63,691 nucleotides of DNA, filler included, from Octopus bimaculoides (GCF_001194135.2; 9 parts of 9 records of this genome joined end to end with filler, not necessarily neighbours in it); one strand, 5' to 3'; positions 24,684 to 37,190 are shown, counted from the whole stretch's first letter. Program-made: numbers and translations. Notes: generated by a model not told the origin, from the letters alone.

Positions 24684-24944
24684 GGCCGGTTACTGCTGAA
24701 TTTGTCCTGAAATAACATCTCTTGTGGACGTGTTGTGTTAAAAACAGAATAAACATCAGCGGAAGACGAAAGTTTATATCACCAGTAGTCGGCAAGAGCA
24801 CCAGATGTATTTCGGCCTTTTTGGACTTTTGCCTTTTGGGACAGGGTGAGAATTTGTGGTCTCGATGACTGCTGTTGGGACGAATTTTCACCTCAGGTCC
24901 ATAAGAGTTGTTATCAAAGGACAAAAAATGCACAGTAACTGGCC
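24684..24944. mobile_element. MITE-like element with imperfect ~50-bp TIRs, flanked by TA
   Basis: The left end ta|ggccggttactgctgaatttgtcctgaaataacatctcttgtggacgtg matches the reverse complement of the right end (ggccagttactgtgcattttttgtcctttgataacaactcttatggacctg), with ta beyond it. Confidence 0.7.
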
Positions 24945-25021
24945 TATCGACAGTGTGTATATATGTTGAGTATGATACATAGATAGCTATTTTAATTTGA
25001 TTCTGCCTCAGTTCATGTAAT

Positions 25022-25076
<55 letters not shown>

Positions 25077-25576
25077 TGTGAATTCTTTCCTCCGTTACTT
25101 AGCCTGCCTGTAACGCTTTCATGTGATCAGTTGAAGGGAAAAGCAAAGAATGAAAGAAAAAGCAGAGAGAAAAGGAGGGTAAGGTGAAGAGTGAGAGAGA
25201 AAGAGGGAGAGGGAGAGAGAAAGGGGGAGAGGGAGAGAGAAAGAGGGAGAGGGAGAGAGAAAGAGGGAGAGGGAGAGAGAAAGAGGGAGAGTGAGAGAGA
25301 AAGAGGGAGAGTGAGAGAGAAAGAGGGAGAGTGCTGTGTGTTAAGTCTATAGAATTGTGCATCAAGTATAATAAAGTGTATATATACAAAGTGCATTGAG
25401 TATATAAAGTGTATATATACAAAGTGTATTGAGTAATCATCATATTCCAATTTCTTTCACTTTTCACTGATTAGCAGATGAGAGATTATCTTTTGATATA
25501 GACACAACACAGGCTACACGTTCAGGTTTTTTGGATAAAGTTTTCAGAAATAATCCAATAAAGTTTACCCTTAATT

Positions 25577-25603
25577 CTGTGAAATATTCACGGGTCCTGC
25601 TAG
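25577..25603 (+). mobile_element. Helitron-type 3' terminus (hairpin plus CTAG), copy 1
   Basis: Hairpin ctgtgaa-ata-ttcacgg, 6-nt spacer gtcctg, CTAG, then T. Confidence 0.6.
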
Positions 25604-25959
25604 TAAGAAATAAATTCAGCTGTGTGTGTATGTACCACACACACACATATATAAATTAGACAAACCAAAAAGAGAGAGGAATGGAAGTAGTATAATGAGA
25701 GGTTGTTGAATGTGAAGACTGCATCCCTTTTTCAACACTGTCATGCATTAGATGGTTCAACCTGATGAGCNNNNNNNNNNNNNNNNNNNNNNNNNNNNNN
25801 NNNNNNNNNNNNNNNNNNNNNNNNNNNNNNNNNNNNNNNNNNNNNNNNNNNNNNNNNNNNNNNNNNNNNNNNNNNNNNNNNNNNNNNNNNNNNNNNNNNN
25901 NNNNNNNNNNNNNNNNNNNNNNNNNNNNNNNNNNNNNNNNNNNNNNNNNNNNNNNNNNN

Positions 25960-25979
25960 ATATTCACGGGTCCTGCTAG
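25960..25979 (+). mobile_element. Helitron-type 3' terminus, copy 2 (5' part in the gap)
   Basis: atattcacgggtcctgCTAG|t is identical to 25584-25604; the downstream flanks differ. Confidence 0.55.
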
Positions 25980-26132
25980 TAAAATAAATAAATATGTGTA
26001 CACCAAGCAAAACCACCTCTTCTTCTCTCCACCGGGTTATTTGGCTTTTGGTGAACCCGGGTCACTTAGTGACCCTTTGCCCCGGCATAATTTTCAAATA
26101 TAATTTATAACTACACATACACGCACACACTC

Positions 26133-26167
<35 letters not shown>

Positions 26168-26168
26168 C

Positions 26169-26209
<41 letters not shown>

Positions 26210-26449
26210 CACACACATACACACACACAAGTGTTGTCTGTCGAACTGATTATTGTAAATGTTTCTTGTAAACCAACTGTGGAATAAAATGCACCATAGA
26301 AGAGGAAGGATTTGAACTCGGTCATTAACCAACAAAATCAAATACTGGTCAGCTTGTTACCAGCTGTGTCACCCCATTCAGGCTTGAAAACAATAGTAAT
26401 AACAATGGTTTCAGATTTTTGCACAAGGCCAGCAAGTTAACGAAAAGCT

Positions 26450-26600
26450 GGTTTGATTGCGGCCATGCTGGAACTCCGCCTTTAGTCGAACAAATCGACC
26501 CCAGGACTTATCCCATCAGTCTCTTTTGCCGAACCACTAAGTTACGGAGACGGAAACACACCAGCATTGATTGTCAAGCGATGTCGGGGAACAAACACAC
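26450..26600 (-). mobile_element. Family A SINE 3' half with internal deletion
   Basis: tttgattgcggccatgctgg...aatcgaccccaggactta...gccgaaccactaagttacgg...tgtcaagcgatg. Confidence 0.8.
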
Positions 26601-26606
26601 ACATAC

Positions 26607-26660
<54 letters not shown>

Positions 26661-26794
26661 ATATATATATATANNNNNNNNNNNNNNNNNNNNNNNNNNN
26701 NNNNNNNNNNNNNNNNNTTAATTAATTAANNNNNNNNNNNNNNNNNNNNNNNNNNNNNNNNNNNNNNNNNNNNTCATTGACAGAATTTTTATAC

Positions 26795-26913
26795 CTTTCA
26801 GTCAAGTCCGCCTTTCTTCCAGTAACATACTGTCCATATAATCTTAAATATTTCTTTAACTCAGGCACAGTAAGTACTTCGATAGCTGAATCATCGAGCT
26901 GCTTTATATCCAT
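26795..26913 (-). CDS. SAP-domain N-terminal coding segment (probable first exon, possibly transposon-borne)
   Basis: MDIKQLDDSAIEVLTVPELKKYLRLYGQYVTGRKADLTER fits the SAP pattern LTVxELKxxLxxxGxxxTGxKADLxER; an AG|GTAT donor-like site follows at 26795/26794; the rest is lost in a gap. Confidence 0.6.
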
Positions 26914-27154
26914 GATAAGACGTAAAACAATAACAATAGCGTGGATAGTCTGCAGAAGTTTAATTGTCTACATGGAGCGCCGCCGATCCAAGGGAGATAA
27001 CCTACTTATAGGAAAGCCCTATACACAGAAACATGCCTCCTGCTTATATGTTATAATTTTTCATATCTACCGCGCATGTGCGGTTTTCTTATCGGCAACA
27101 AATACAAAAAATGCTGATTTTCTCCCAGAAAATTAGCCAAAAAATCATTATATC

Positions 27155-27234
27155 ATTATTAATAAATCTCGCTAGACCACTGGTAGCAAAAATAATTTCT
27201 AAATTTTTCTGCTACCCTGCGATTTATTAATAAT
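27155..27234. repeat. 80-bp fold-back element next to (TA)n
   Basis: attattaataaatc...ggtagcaaaaat is inverted relative to atttttctgctacc...gatttattaataat (14-bp perfect outer arm). Confidence 0.7.
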
Positions 27235-28206
27235 ATATATATATATATATGTATGTATACATATATATATACATATGTATATTTACATATATGTATGAAT
27301 ATTTCTTTCTATTACTCTCTTTAACTTTAAGTCCTCTTCTTCAAACATTCATGTGAAAACTGACATACTCTGGCGCGCGCACACACACACACACGTATAT
27401 ATGGTTCTGCTACAAATGTCATTTGAAGAGAATTGTTTGCCAATTTCTAAAGCAATATGACATCTCTCCTATATGTATACATTTGTGTTCAGTTAAGACA
27501 CCAATAACAGACAATGATTTACTGCAGATATCACAGTGTCTGGCTTTCAAGTTTTTTCGTCTTATCTCTTTTGTCATCTCAACAGAAATATCAGTTCCTT
27601 TAGATTGTCTTTTACATTTAACCTCATTCTCACATAATTCATTTTCCAGAAATTTTCCTTTCTACCGCAATAAATAGGTATTTTTCTGTGTTATTTTGTC
27701 TTTTCTTCCACTGTGTTTCCTTCAACTGTCTTGTCAGTATCTAAAAATACAGTAAACCTCTATGAAAAATTCATCTAAATTTTATCAGAATACTGAATCA
27801 TCTTGCACACATTCTAAGCAGTGAAATAATTCAAGTTTGCTATTAATCCCTGTTCAGAGGAAATATTTCACAGTAATTCTATTAGAGATTTATATAAACA
27901 AGGTCAAATCTATCCTTTATAACAAATTCACTTAATCTCCAAATGCTGGTAAATATTGATGATATATCTAAAGTAAAAAAATTCTTTAATACCAATATCG
28001 TCTGAGTCAATATCAATGTAATGGGACTGTGAAATATGTGAGATGGCCACATAAGATCAAAGTTGAAATCCATGAGATCAATAAAATTTTCAGTACGACT
28101 TCCAAATATTGAAATATATATTTAATGACAATATCACAAAGTCGATATAAATGTATTTGTTAAATATTCCCTTGAGTGTTGTTCAAATACATACATGCAT
28201 GCATAT

Positions 28207-28447
28207 TGTTGTGGTGAGAGACATTGACGCCCCTGTGGGATTGGAAGAATAGACTAGCCGAACATGTATAAAAAGTAGCGAATTGATTGAGACAAGAGGA
28301 GTCGTAGGAATTATTGAAAGTTCGTGGAAATCTTTGTATTTATTGGAGTGTCGGGTTTAGTGGAGTAATTTGAAGTACATCATGTGGAGACAATTGTGTC
28401 TATCCCCACTTTGTGAAATCTGTACATCCAATATATATAAGGATACA
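28207..28447 (+). mobile_element. Probable 5' LTR of the Ty3/Gypsy element
   Basis: Begins TG (tgttgtgg), contains tataaaa near 28267, ends CA (ggataca), and is followed 4 nt later by tggtgacg. No second LTR is visible, so the left edge is inferred. Confidence 0.5.
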
Positions 28448-28451
28448 AAAG

Positions 28452-28460
28452 TGGTGACGG
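28452..28460 (+). promoter_or_regulatory. Primer-binding-site-like motif TGGTGACG
   Basis: TGG (complementary to tRNA CCA) immediately after the LTR end and ~100 nt before the gag ATG at 28558. Confidence 0.55.
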
Positions 28461-28557
28461 GGATATCCACTTACAAAAGAGGTGACGAGTTTATTTGAAG
28501 CTTACGTCAGACATTAGCATTTCGTTGTGATACAAAATCGAAGAAAAATTAGTTAAC

Positions 28558-31200
28558 ATGGAATACTTATTAACCTCTCTGGTGCAGTTGCAACAGCAAT
28601 GACAACAACAGTTACAGCAGCAATTACAACAATACCAACTGTTGCTGGAATTAATGTTGAAGTCCAAAAATACTTCAGGTTCGTTCTCGCCAGACGGCAT
28701 AGCAAACGCAATTGCAGAATTTAGTTACAACCCAGAAGGTATTACTTTTTCTGCATATTTCCGAAGATGTGAAGAAATATTCAAGGAATAATGCAGACAT
28801 TGGATGGATAATGGAAAAGAACGACTACTTTTAAAAAATATTATCCTCTACCAGACAAAAAATGCTGCAAAAAAAAAAAAAAAAAAAAAAATTTGTATCG
28901 ATGAAACAAATTGTTATTGAAAAGTTTCAGTGAGGGAAGTTCTCTGTTCAATACTTGCTGCGAATGTTTGAATTCTGTGAAAAAAAAGATGAAGATTTCC
29001 TCACCTATGCCGGAGTCGTCAATACAGAGTGCGAAAAATTCAACTAGAAGAATTAACTCCAGCCATGCTCAAATATCTAATTTTTGTTCAAGGGTTAACT
29101 GCAAGCAACGATGCAGAGATACGTGCCCGGATATTGATAAAATTGGAACAGGACCAGACTTTGCCTCTGCAGAGAATTATTAATCTATGACCTGACGCAA
29201 ATAAAATTCACGAAAAGGATTACTCTCACATACATGTGTGTCGACCTGTAATGGATAAGGAAAAAGAATAACGAAGATATAGGCCCAATCCGTACTATGG
29301 GTGCGGAGATCTACATTTTAGAAATAACTGTCCGTTTAAAAATGTTTGCATTGCAAAGTAAAAAAAAAAACGTCGAACGAAAAAATTTTCTGCTAACGTT
29401 TCTCAATAGAAAGTCTACGCGAGGTTCACAAAAGAAAGTTTGTATACATAAAAATCAATAATGTGAACGTGAAGTTACAGCTAGATACAGACAGTGATAT
29501 TACAATTATTAACACTGACACATGGAGAAAAATAGGAAAGCCTACATTAATGAACTTAAAAAATTGCGAAAGGTGTCTCAGGAAAAAGTTACATTTTTAG
29601 GGCGAAATGATAACTGAGGTTACATTTCGTGGTAAAAGCTTGAAAGCAAAAGTTTTTGTATTAAATAATGCAACAAACTTTTCGGTGCTGATTGGATGGA
29701 AATGTCTAATTTATGGGACCTCCCCATAAATCTGTTCTGTAAAAAGATAAATGGTTTCTCTTCCGGTAAAAACAAATCATCAGATGAACTGAAAGAAAAA
29801 CATTTTTCCTGAAGTTCTATCCAACAAATTAGGTCTGTGTACCAAAGCAAAGATGTGTTTTCAAATAAAAGAAAACGCCATACCAATATTTAAACCAAAA
29901 CGAATGGTACCCATCGTAGCGATGAAGCAAGTCAATGAAGAACTGGAGAAACTAGAAATAATTGGAGTTATCCACTAAGTGGAATATTCTAAATGTGCAG
30001 CAGCAACTGTGTATATTAAGAAAAAATAAAATAAAATCAGAGAGTGCGCTGATTTTTCCACTGATTAAGCGAATGTCTTAAAACGTGCCACTATCCGCTA
30101 CCTATTCTGGGGGATATTTTTGTGAAGTTAAACGGTGGAAAGATACTTTCTTATTTGGATCTCTTTGACGTGTACCTACAAATTAGAGTAGACGATGAAT
30201 GCTCGAAATACCTAACAATCAACGCATATAAATGGCTTTATGAATATAACAGGTTGCCATTTTTCAACAGATAGTGTGAGTGAAAAAAGTGTGAATTTTT
30301 CTTACCGGAAATAAGCTATTTAAGACAAATTATTGACAAAAATTAACGACTACCTGAATCATCGACTGCAGACACAATTTAAAGTAAGCCTCCTCCAACC
30401 TATATAGCGGTAGTACAAACATTTCTAGGACTGGCAACTTATTACAAAAATTATATCCCAAATATGTATAACGTTAGAGCTCCACTAAATAATTTAGTGA
30501 AAAAACATGAAACGGAATAGGTCAGAAAATTGTAGAAAGGTGTTTGACAAAATTAAAAAATATTAATATCTGATTTGTCATTAGCTTATTTCAATCCTGC
30601 AGCGGAGATTGTTGTAGCTTCAGGCGCTTCTGAGTACGGTATAGGAGCAGTAGTGCTACATAAATGTAAAGATGGTAACATGATGGTAGTGGTTCATGTC
30701 TCAAGTTCTGTTATCAGCAGAAAAAAAAATTATAGACAAATCAAGAAAGAAGTTCTAGCAATCATTTTTGCCGTGATAAAATTTCACACAGAAGTTTTCG
30801 GCTACAGACTGACCACCGACCGTTATTATTGATATTTGGGTCGTAAAAAGGAATTCCTACATCAACTGCCAACACTACTACCTCTACAACACTGGACTAC
30901 GATATTATTAAACTGCGATTTCAAGATGGACTATATTCCATCCAAGAAATTAGGCTATGCGGATTGTCTATCAGGAGGGATCTAAAAAAAACGGAACCCT
31001 TTCAAGATACCGTGATTGCCGCTTCGCGAGCGGAAAATGAGATTAAGAATATTCTGGGTAACGTCATTCTTAAACTACCAGTTAGTTGCGTTACCAGACA
31101 TAAAATCAAAGTCGGAGAACGATAAATCCATTATAATAACGAAAGGAACTCTGAAGGCCAAAGAAAATAAAAATATGCCCTACACAAATGATCATGATGC
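28558..31200 (+). pseudogene. Decayed Ty3/Gypsy gag-pol (K02A2.6-like), no integrase
   Basis: gag: FSPDGIANAIAEFSYNPEGITFSAYFRRCEEIF. RT: KIRECADFS, YPLPILGDIFVKLNGGKILSYLDL, YNRLPF, FLGLATYYKNYIPN. RNaseH: IVVASGASEYGIGAVVLH, YRQIKKEVLAIIFAV. Many stops and frameshifts. Confidence 0.9.
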
Positions 31201-33900
31201 TTAAATAATTTTGTGTAATGGTTTACTCTCTCTATATTTACATAGTACCTCATCCAGCATGTGTCTCATTTTTGATATTTGCATGGGTTAGGTTTTCATA
31301 TCTTAAATTTATATGGAAATTACTAAAGAAGTTGAAGAGTTATAAAATGAACTTATATTGGATCTTGGTGTATTATTAGTTATGTTTCCTGATAACACAG
31401 TGTCTTATTCATGTATTAATCCAAGCAATGACCTTCTGAAAATATGAGTAAAATATAACTATTGTACCCAGATTAGATATTGTATTTCAATAATACATCA
31501 TAACCTCTTAGCACCCAAAATTCTCATAGTGCCCTTTTGACATTTGTGGGCTAACAATACCCTCCAGGGGTTCTCTTGCCCATGTTCGGTACTTTCCAAG
31601 ATGTACTTAGTTGAATTCAAGTTAGAGTATTTACTTTTATTAATCTCGTGTTGTTTACTTAAACATATAGAATTTATGATTCTGAATATTATTTATATTA
31701 AAATCTTACCTGTTGATTTGCAATTCATACATGCATGTACACATATATACACATACCAACACACAGATATTGCTTTGTTACTGACATACAGCTTACTCTC
31801 CAAAACAATTATTCTGTCAGCTAGAAATCATTTTAATATTGGCAACTTCTCATAGTGTTACTACCACCGACATTGCAAAGAAGTTTCCAGAGAATGCTCA
31901 CACACACGCATACATACCTAAATACACATACATTTATACATATGCACACTCACACATACATGTGTTTGCAAACACTTAGGTGCATAGACAAGTGGACAGA
32001 TAAGCAAATAGATGGGTAATGATATGTCAAAAGAAATGGGTGAAATATTTCTGAAAATATAAATTTTAATCTTGGGCGAGTTATTTTGGCAATAAATCAT
32101 TATCAAGACAACTTATTTTTAAGGAAAAGAACATTTGTCTATTTCTAATATGAAAATAGGAAAAATTCCTACTGATTATGTTGACTGTTGGTTTCATTGC
32201 CTTATATTGTATTGCAATGAATTGCATAGCACAGTAATAATATATGTATCAATCAATATCAGCTTCCAAAAGAAGCAGTCAAGGAGATGGCATCAGATTG
32301 AAAATGCACTCCATCTCAGAATCTTGTGCGCAATTTCCTCCCTTGATGGTGCTTGTAGTCATCTTGACATGGTTACCAGAAAACATTTACATTCCGGAAC
32401 ATGCAGTGATTGGTAAGAAAGAACTCTCAATAATGCAAGACATCTTGACATTGAACATTCCTGTCAAATTACAGGATTTCTTTCAAACCTTCATAGTGTC
32501 TAGTTAAATTTCTCCAAATTTATTAACTGTGAAATACTATTGATACACATAAAACACATTCATGCAATCACTCACAAACACAAATACACATAAGCACATA
32601 TATTGATATAATTAATGTATCTACTGACACACTGTTTCCATCAGTTTAGTATTTGAGCGATAACTTCAGATAATACAAGACAAAAAATTTTGTTACAAGA
32701 AAATAAATCAATGTTTCTAGGGAATTCCAGTAGACCGATTTCAAAACTGCATTTATTTTTTTTAAACACTGTCTAGATTTTCTGAAATGAAATCAAGTTA
32801 TTTTGCATGTATGTTATGAATACATAATATTACTTTTTTCGCCTGACATGATGGACAAATCAAGCAATATACCTGTTGTAAAGTAGGTTCCTCCCATTGG
32901 TGTGATATGTGACTACCATTGTGCTGTAGTTGCTGTTTTATGCTAGTAGCCATAATAGTTACTAGTCATTGGATACCATTGTTTCTCTTCATACTGGAAT
33001 AGTAATACACTTCTGTTTTATTATCGCTGATAGCTCCACAAGACACCAACTAGAACAATCAACTCTCAACTCTTGACCCTCTCTTGATGACCAGCAGCTG
33101 GTCTATTTATAATGGCACTCTTCTTTTAATTTTGACTTTATATCTTCAGGTGGAGTTACCTTAATCCTTTATATGTTAACCAAAATGAAGTAGATTGACA
33201 AATTTATTTTTTGAACCAGTTGAAGACACATAAGATGTCGAAATATAATTCCCTAGATAACAATGGCACTCTTCTTTCACTCTTGACTTTATATCTTCAG
33301 GAGGAGTTACCTCAATCTTTTTTATACTATTATTATTATTATCATTATTCCTTCTACTATTATGTAACTGAACTGCTAATAAAAGAGATTAGCTGTTTCA
33401 CTCTACTATACAATCTATGCTCTTCAGCATGTGGTTGGCAGGAAAGAAGGTTACTCCATTAGGGAACCTCTATTATCTATCCTTAATCATCTAAAAAGAG
33501 GAAAAGCAACTTGGCTTACATTATTTAATAGTGATTAATGTAAAACACAACAGAAAGAAAGAGATGTAAAAATAATTTGCTTATGCATAAGAAAGAAGGA
33601 AGGAAACTGGGTGTTTTTGAGTACACAAAAGCTGGACATGTTAAGGAAATTTGGCTATCTGTTCTGAATTCAAAACCCTTTGTAGCAAATGTCTGTAACA
33701 AAATGATCTGAAATTTGTTACTTAGTGAAATCTTCTGATTATATTGTCAAAAGATTACCTGAGTTATAACTTAGTTATGAAATTCATTGTAATGATGTGT
33801 CGATTTATACAGAGTATTTGTGCATGAAATTATATACATATATACATGTGTACATACATATGCACACTTATATATACATACATACATAGAATGTACATAG

Positions 33901-34526
33901 TTTGGTAGAAGCCATAGTCACTCATAATAATAAGAACTTGTGGAATGTCTTAGCAAAAACCTCAATAAAATGTAAACGCAATAAACCTGACATAGTGATT
34001 TCGGATAGAGAGGAGAAACTGCGTACAATTGTGGAAATCAGCTGCTCAGCAGATGTGAACATAAAGCTAAAGATCAGTGAAAAAGAAAATACCTTTGCTG
34101 AACTATTGAGAAAGCTAAATTAGTCTACCCAGATTACAAGTTCTGGCATACACCTGTAATTATTGGAACAATGTGATATGTAGCACTAAATACCAATCTT
34201 GAGAAATTAGGCTTCTCTAAACCAGATAGGAGAAAGTTGACTTGAAGACAACAGATCCAAACCATTACTGGAACTCTAAAAATCTGTAAAACTTTTCAGA
34301 GTTTATCATTTAAGTATTTATGTGCATGTCTAGATATGCAACTATATGCATGAGAATGTATACATAAAACAAGATATACAAATCTGCACATTCCCTGACT
34401 CCAAATACTGCACATACAAAAATATCCTGGTGATGTTGAAATTCCAATAAAGGAACCTTTGGATCTAGGTTAGAAAGTGGCTCTTTCTCTATTGGCAAGA
34501 AATCTTGAAATAAAACTGAATAATGA
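33901..34526 (+). mobile_element. R4/Dong-like LINE 3' end with restriction-like endonuclease domain, copy 1
   Basis: NKPDIVISDREEKLRTIVEISCSADVNIKLKISEKENTF (PD..D/E.K-type RLE motif), then YPDYKFWHTPVIIG...LEKLGFSKP...TGTLKICKTF and a 3' UTR ending aataaaactgaataatgac. Confidence 0.85.
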
Positions 34527-36039
34527 CACACATACATATGTTTTTTCATTTTATCTAGTTTCAGCTCATGAGCTGTGGCCATGCTGAGGCACCGCCATAT
34601 ATAAATCCCTTTAGCATAGAAACCGGATTTATCTAGCCTCTCACATATAACCCACAATGATTTTCTAAAAATAAACAATCACATCATCATAACCATGAAG
34701 CTTTAAATAATGTGAATGAGTAAACATTGCATATAATAGAATAATCTGAATGCTAAATGGTTATACACATGCATGCACACACACATACACAATCTGGTTG
34801 AGCATTGTTTCATTTATGCAAATACTTTATAGAAAAATATGTGTATGTGCTTACAATTTATGTGGGTGTGGTTGTGCATATGAAAAGAGTAATTATTTTT
34901 TAATAAGCCCACTGGCTTTTAGTAACATCACTGCCTAATTGGTTTCTGTGATTCGATGTGTATCACAAGCAGAACAGTTACAGCTATTTCCAACAGTTAA
35001 GTATCTATCACTGACAAGGCAACAGAAGGCTGAAATTACGTGATCTACTTGTCCTGGCAGCAATGATGATGGGGATTGTCTCCTGCTAGAGGAGGAAACA
35101 AAAGTGCTTATGTGCACCACAAGACCTATTGAGAGATTCTGTCATGGTAAATACCACAGTATTGTGTTCTAACAGAACAGCCACTTTTAAGTAGTGATAA
35201 GTCTTACTTTAAAAGAGTAGCCATATTGGATATTAGGTAGCAGCTATGCATTCACCCAATGTGCAAGAAGTATCACCTTAATCTCACTGAAAGCACACAT
35301 TAGCATTTTTACTCAGAATAAAGAGATTAGGTGTCACAAGGGGAATACTTTTGATCAGAACTATGATCAAATAGGGGTTAAACAAGCATCCCATCGATTG
35401 TCAATTCACATGAAGTACATATGTTTTATTGTATTTACCTATGTAGGACATATTTGCTGTCTTATTATTTTTTAGATATGTGATGAATATTAAATGGATT
35501 TTCTCTCATTTTATCCATGTAAAGGCGATAAGCACCATCTTTATATGCCATGGTGACATTTCAAGGCACTTGTATTCGTTTTATTTTATCCCTTTCACTT
35601 CCCTACATTTTAGTCTTCATAGAAAATCAATGCACTTTGGTGGTTTTTAACTAGTTTTATTTTTATAAGAACGATTTTATGAGAGGTGCTACCCATCAAA
35701 ATATCTTGGGTCGTATTCTTGTCATTGATTATTTTGTATCTAAACAATAGGCCTTCATCTCTTTTATATTATCATACTTGTCCCATATTATCATACTTAG
35801 TTTGAAATATGTATGATTAATGTTGCTTATACCACTTCTAGGTTTTCACATCACAATGTTGGTATCATGCCCAATGGACTTACTGCTGACTCTGTATATA
35901 CATTCTGATTTTGCAAGAATTAGGGACACGTAAATGATGTGGTGAATTGTTTTTTGTTGTTAATGTACCTTAAATGATAAAGGTGAAAGGTTGGATCTTG
36001 GTCTTAGGAAAAGATTGGCAATGCCCTAGAAAATTATCA

Positions 36040-36560
36040 CAAATATGCTGCATTAGAATTAAAAGGACAACATTGAAACAACCCAATAGCTTTTAAATGT
36101 TTTGGAAATATTGTTACATCAGATAGAAAAATCATCAAAGAAATTAAGTCAAGTGTGAGACAGGTCAAAGCTGCCTTTGGTGAAAACTAGCATATAGTGT
36201 TAAATATAAGGCTATGAGTAAGAATAGAATAGTCTTAGAAGCATAATAGAACCAATTATTACTTATCGGTAAGCAATCTAAAAGATCAACTAACAAGTGC
36301 AAAAACTCATCAATGCAGCAGAAATGTGGTTCCTTGATTGAATACAGAAGACATCTGGTATAGACAGAGTTATGAATATCGAAGTCTTTAGAACATGAGA
36401 AATACTGCTTAACTGTCAGAGTCTACTTGAAACCACCATGCAAATAACTCTACAATGCAAAGAAGCAATCTGGCCTTGTGCCAAGATTTGAAACCAATGT
36501 AAAGAGGTATTTGTCAAAACTTTCAACACTTGGTTATGAATGGAAACAATGAAAGAAGCC
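36040..36560 (+). mobile_element. RTE-clade LINE RT C-terminal remnant
   Basis: FKCFGNIVTSDRKIIKEIKSSVRQVKAAF (FKYLGS..T.DG...EI..RI..AK.AF-like) and AAEMWFL...SGIDRVMNIEVF (AFEMW...ISW.DRVTN.EVL-like). Confidence 0.6.
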
Positions 36561-36799
36561 AGGGGATAAAGAATGAAATTTATACTCAATGAACCTAATC
36601 CTTAACAGCTGGCTACAGAAATACTGACCAAGAAACGTGCTTAGCAACTAAAGACCAAGCAACTAAAGTGAGATCATGATTGATAAGACCCGACAACTAA
36701 AGTGAGATCGTAGCCACACATGTTAAGAGTATTCCTGATGCATAAGACTAAATGATATGCTTGAGAAGACTTGTTGAATCAAGTAAAACCAATATCATA

Positions 36800-37190
36800 G
36801 CCGTGACCAGTGCCCTCTGACTGGCTCCGGTGCTGGTGAAATGTAAAAAGCACCATCTGAATGTGGCCAATACCAGTATCCCCTGACTGGCTCTTGCGCT
36901 GGTGGAATGTGAAAAGCACCATCCAAATGTGGCTGTTGCCAGTAGACCCTGACTGGCTCCTGTGCCAGTTGCATGTATAAAGCACTATCTGAACATGATT
37001 GGTGCCAGGCTTGACTGACTGGTTCATGTGCTGGCGGCACGTAAAATAAGTAAAAACCACCCACTACACTCTTGTGTGGTTGGCGTTAGGAAGGGTATCC
37101 AGCTGTAGAAACATTGTCAGATCTCCAAACCTCAGTCAAACCGTCCAATACATGCCAGTATGGAAATGGACATTAAACAATGATAATGAT
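36800..37190 (+). mobile_element. Family D SINE-like element: 66-bp tandem modules plus an RTE-like 3' tail
   Basis: ctgactgg starts at 36817, 36883, 36949 and 37015 (66-bp period), then ggttggcgttaggaagggtatccagctgtagaaac and a gacattaaacaatgataatgat tail. Confidence 0.75.

Noticed and set aside
25761-25770. cctgatgagc as the start of a hammerhead
   Set aside because: It is cut by a gap; stem II and GAAA cannot be seen.
32135-32507. ORFs with faint SOCS-box or LRR-like words (VTRKHL, ILTLNIPVKLQDFF)
   Set aside because: The words fall in different frames and there is no consistent exon structure.
36817-37060. 66-bp periodic array as a CRISPR-like repeat-spacer system
   Set aside because: The variable parts are homologous to each other, the repeats are degenerate, there are no cas genes, and the context is a eukaryotic retroposon.
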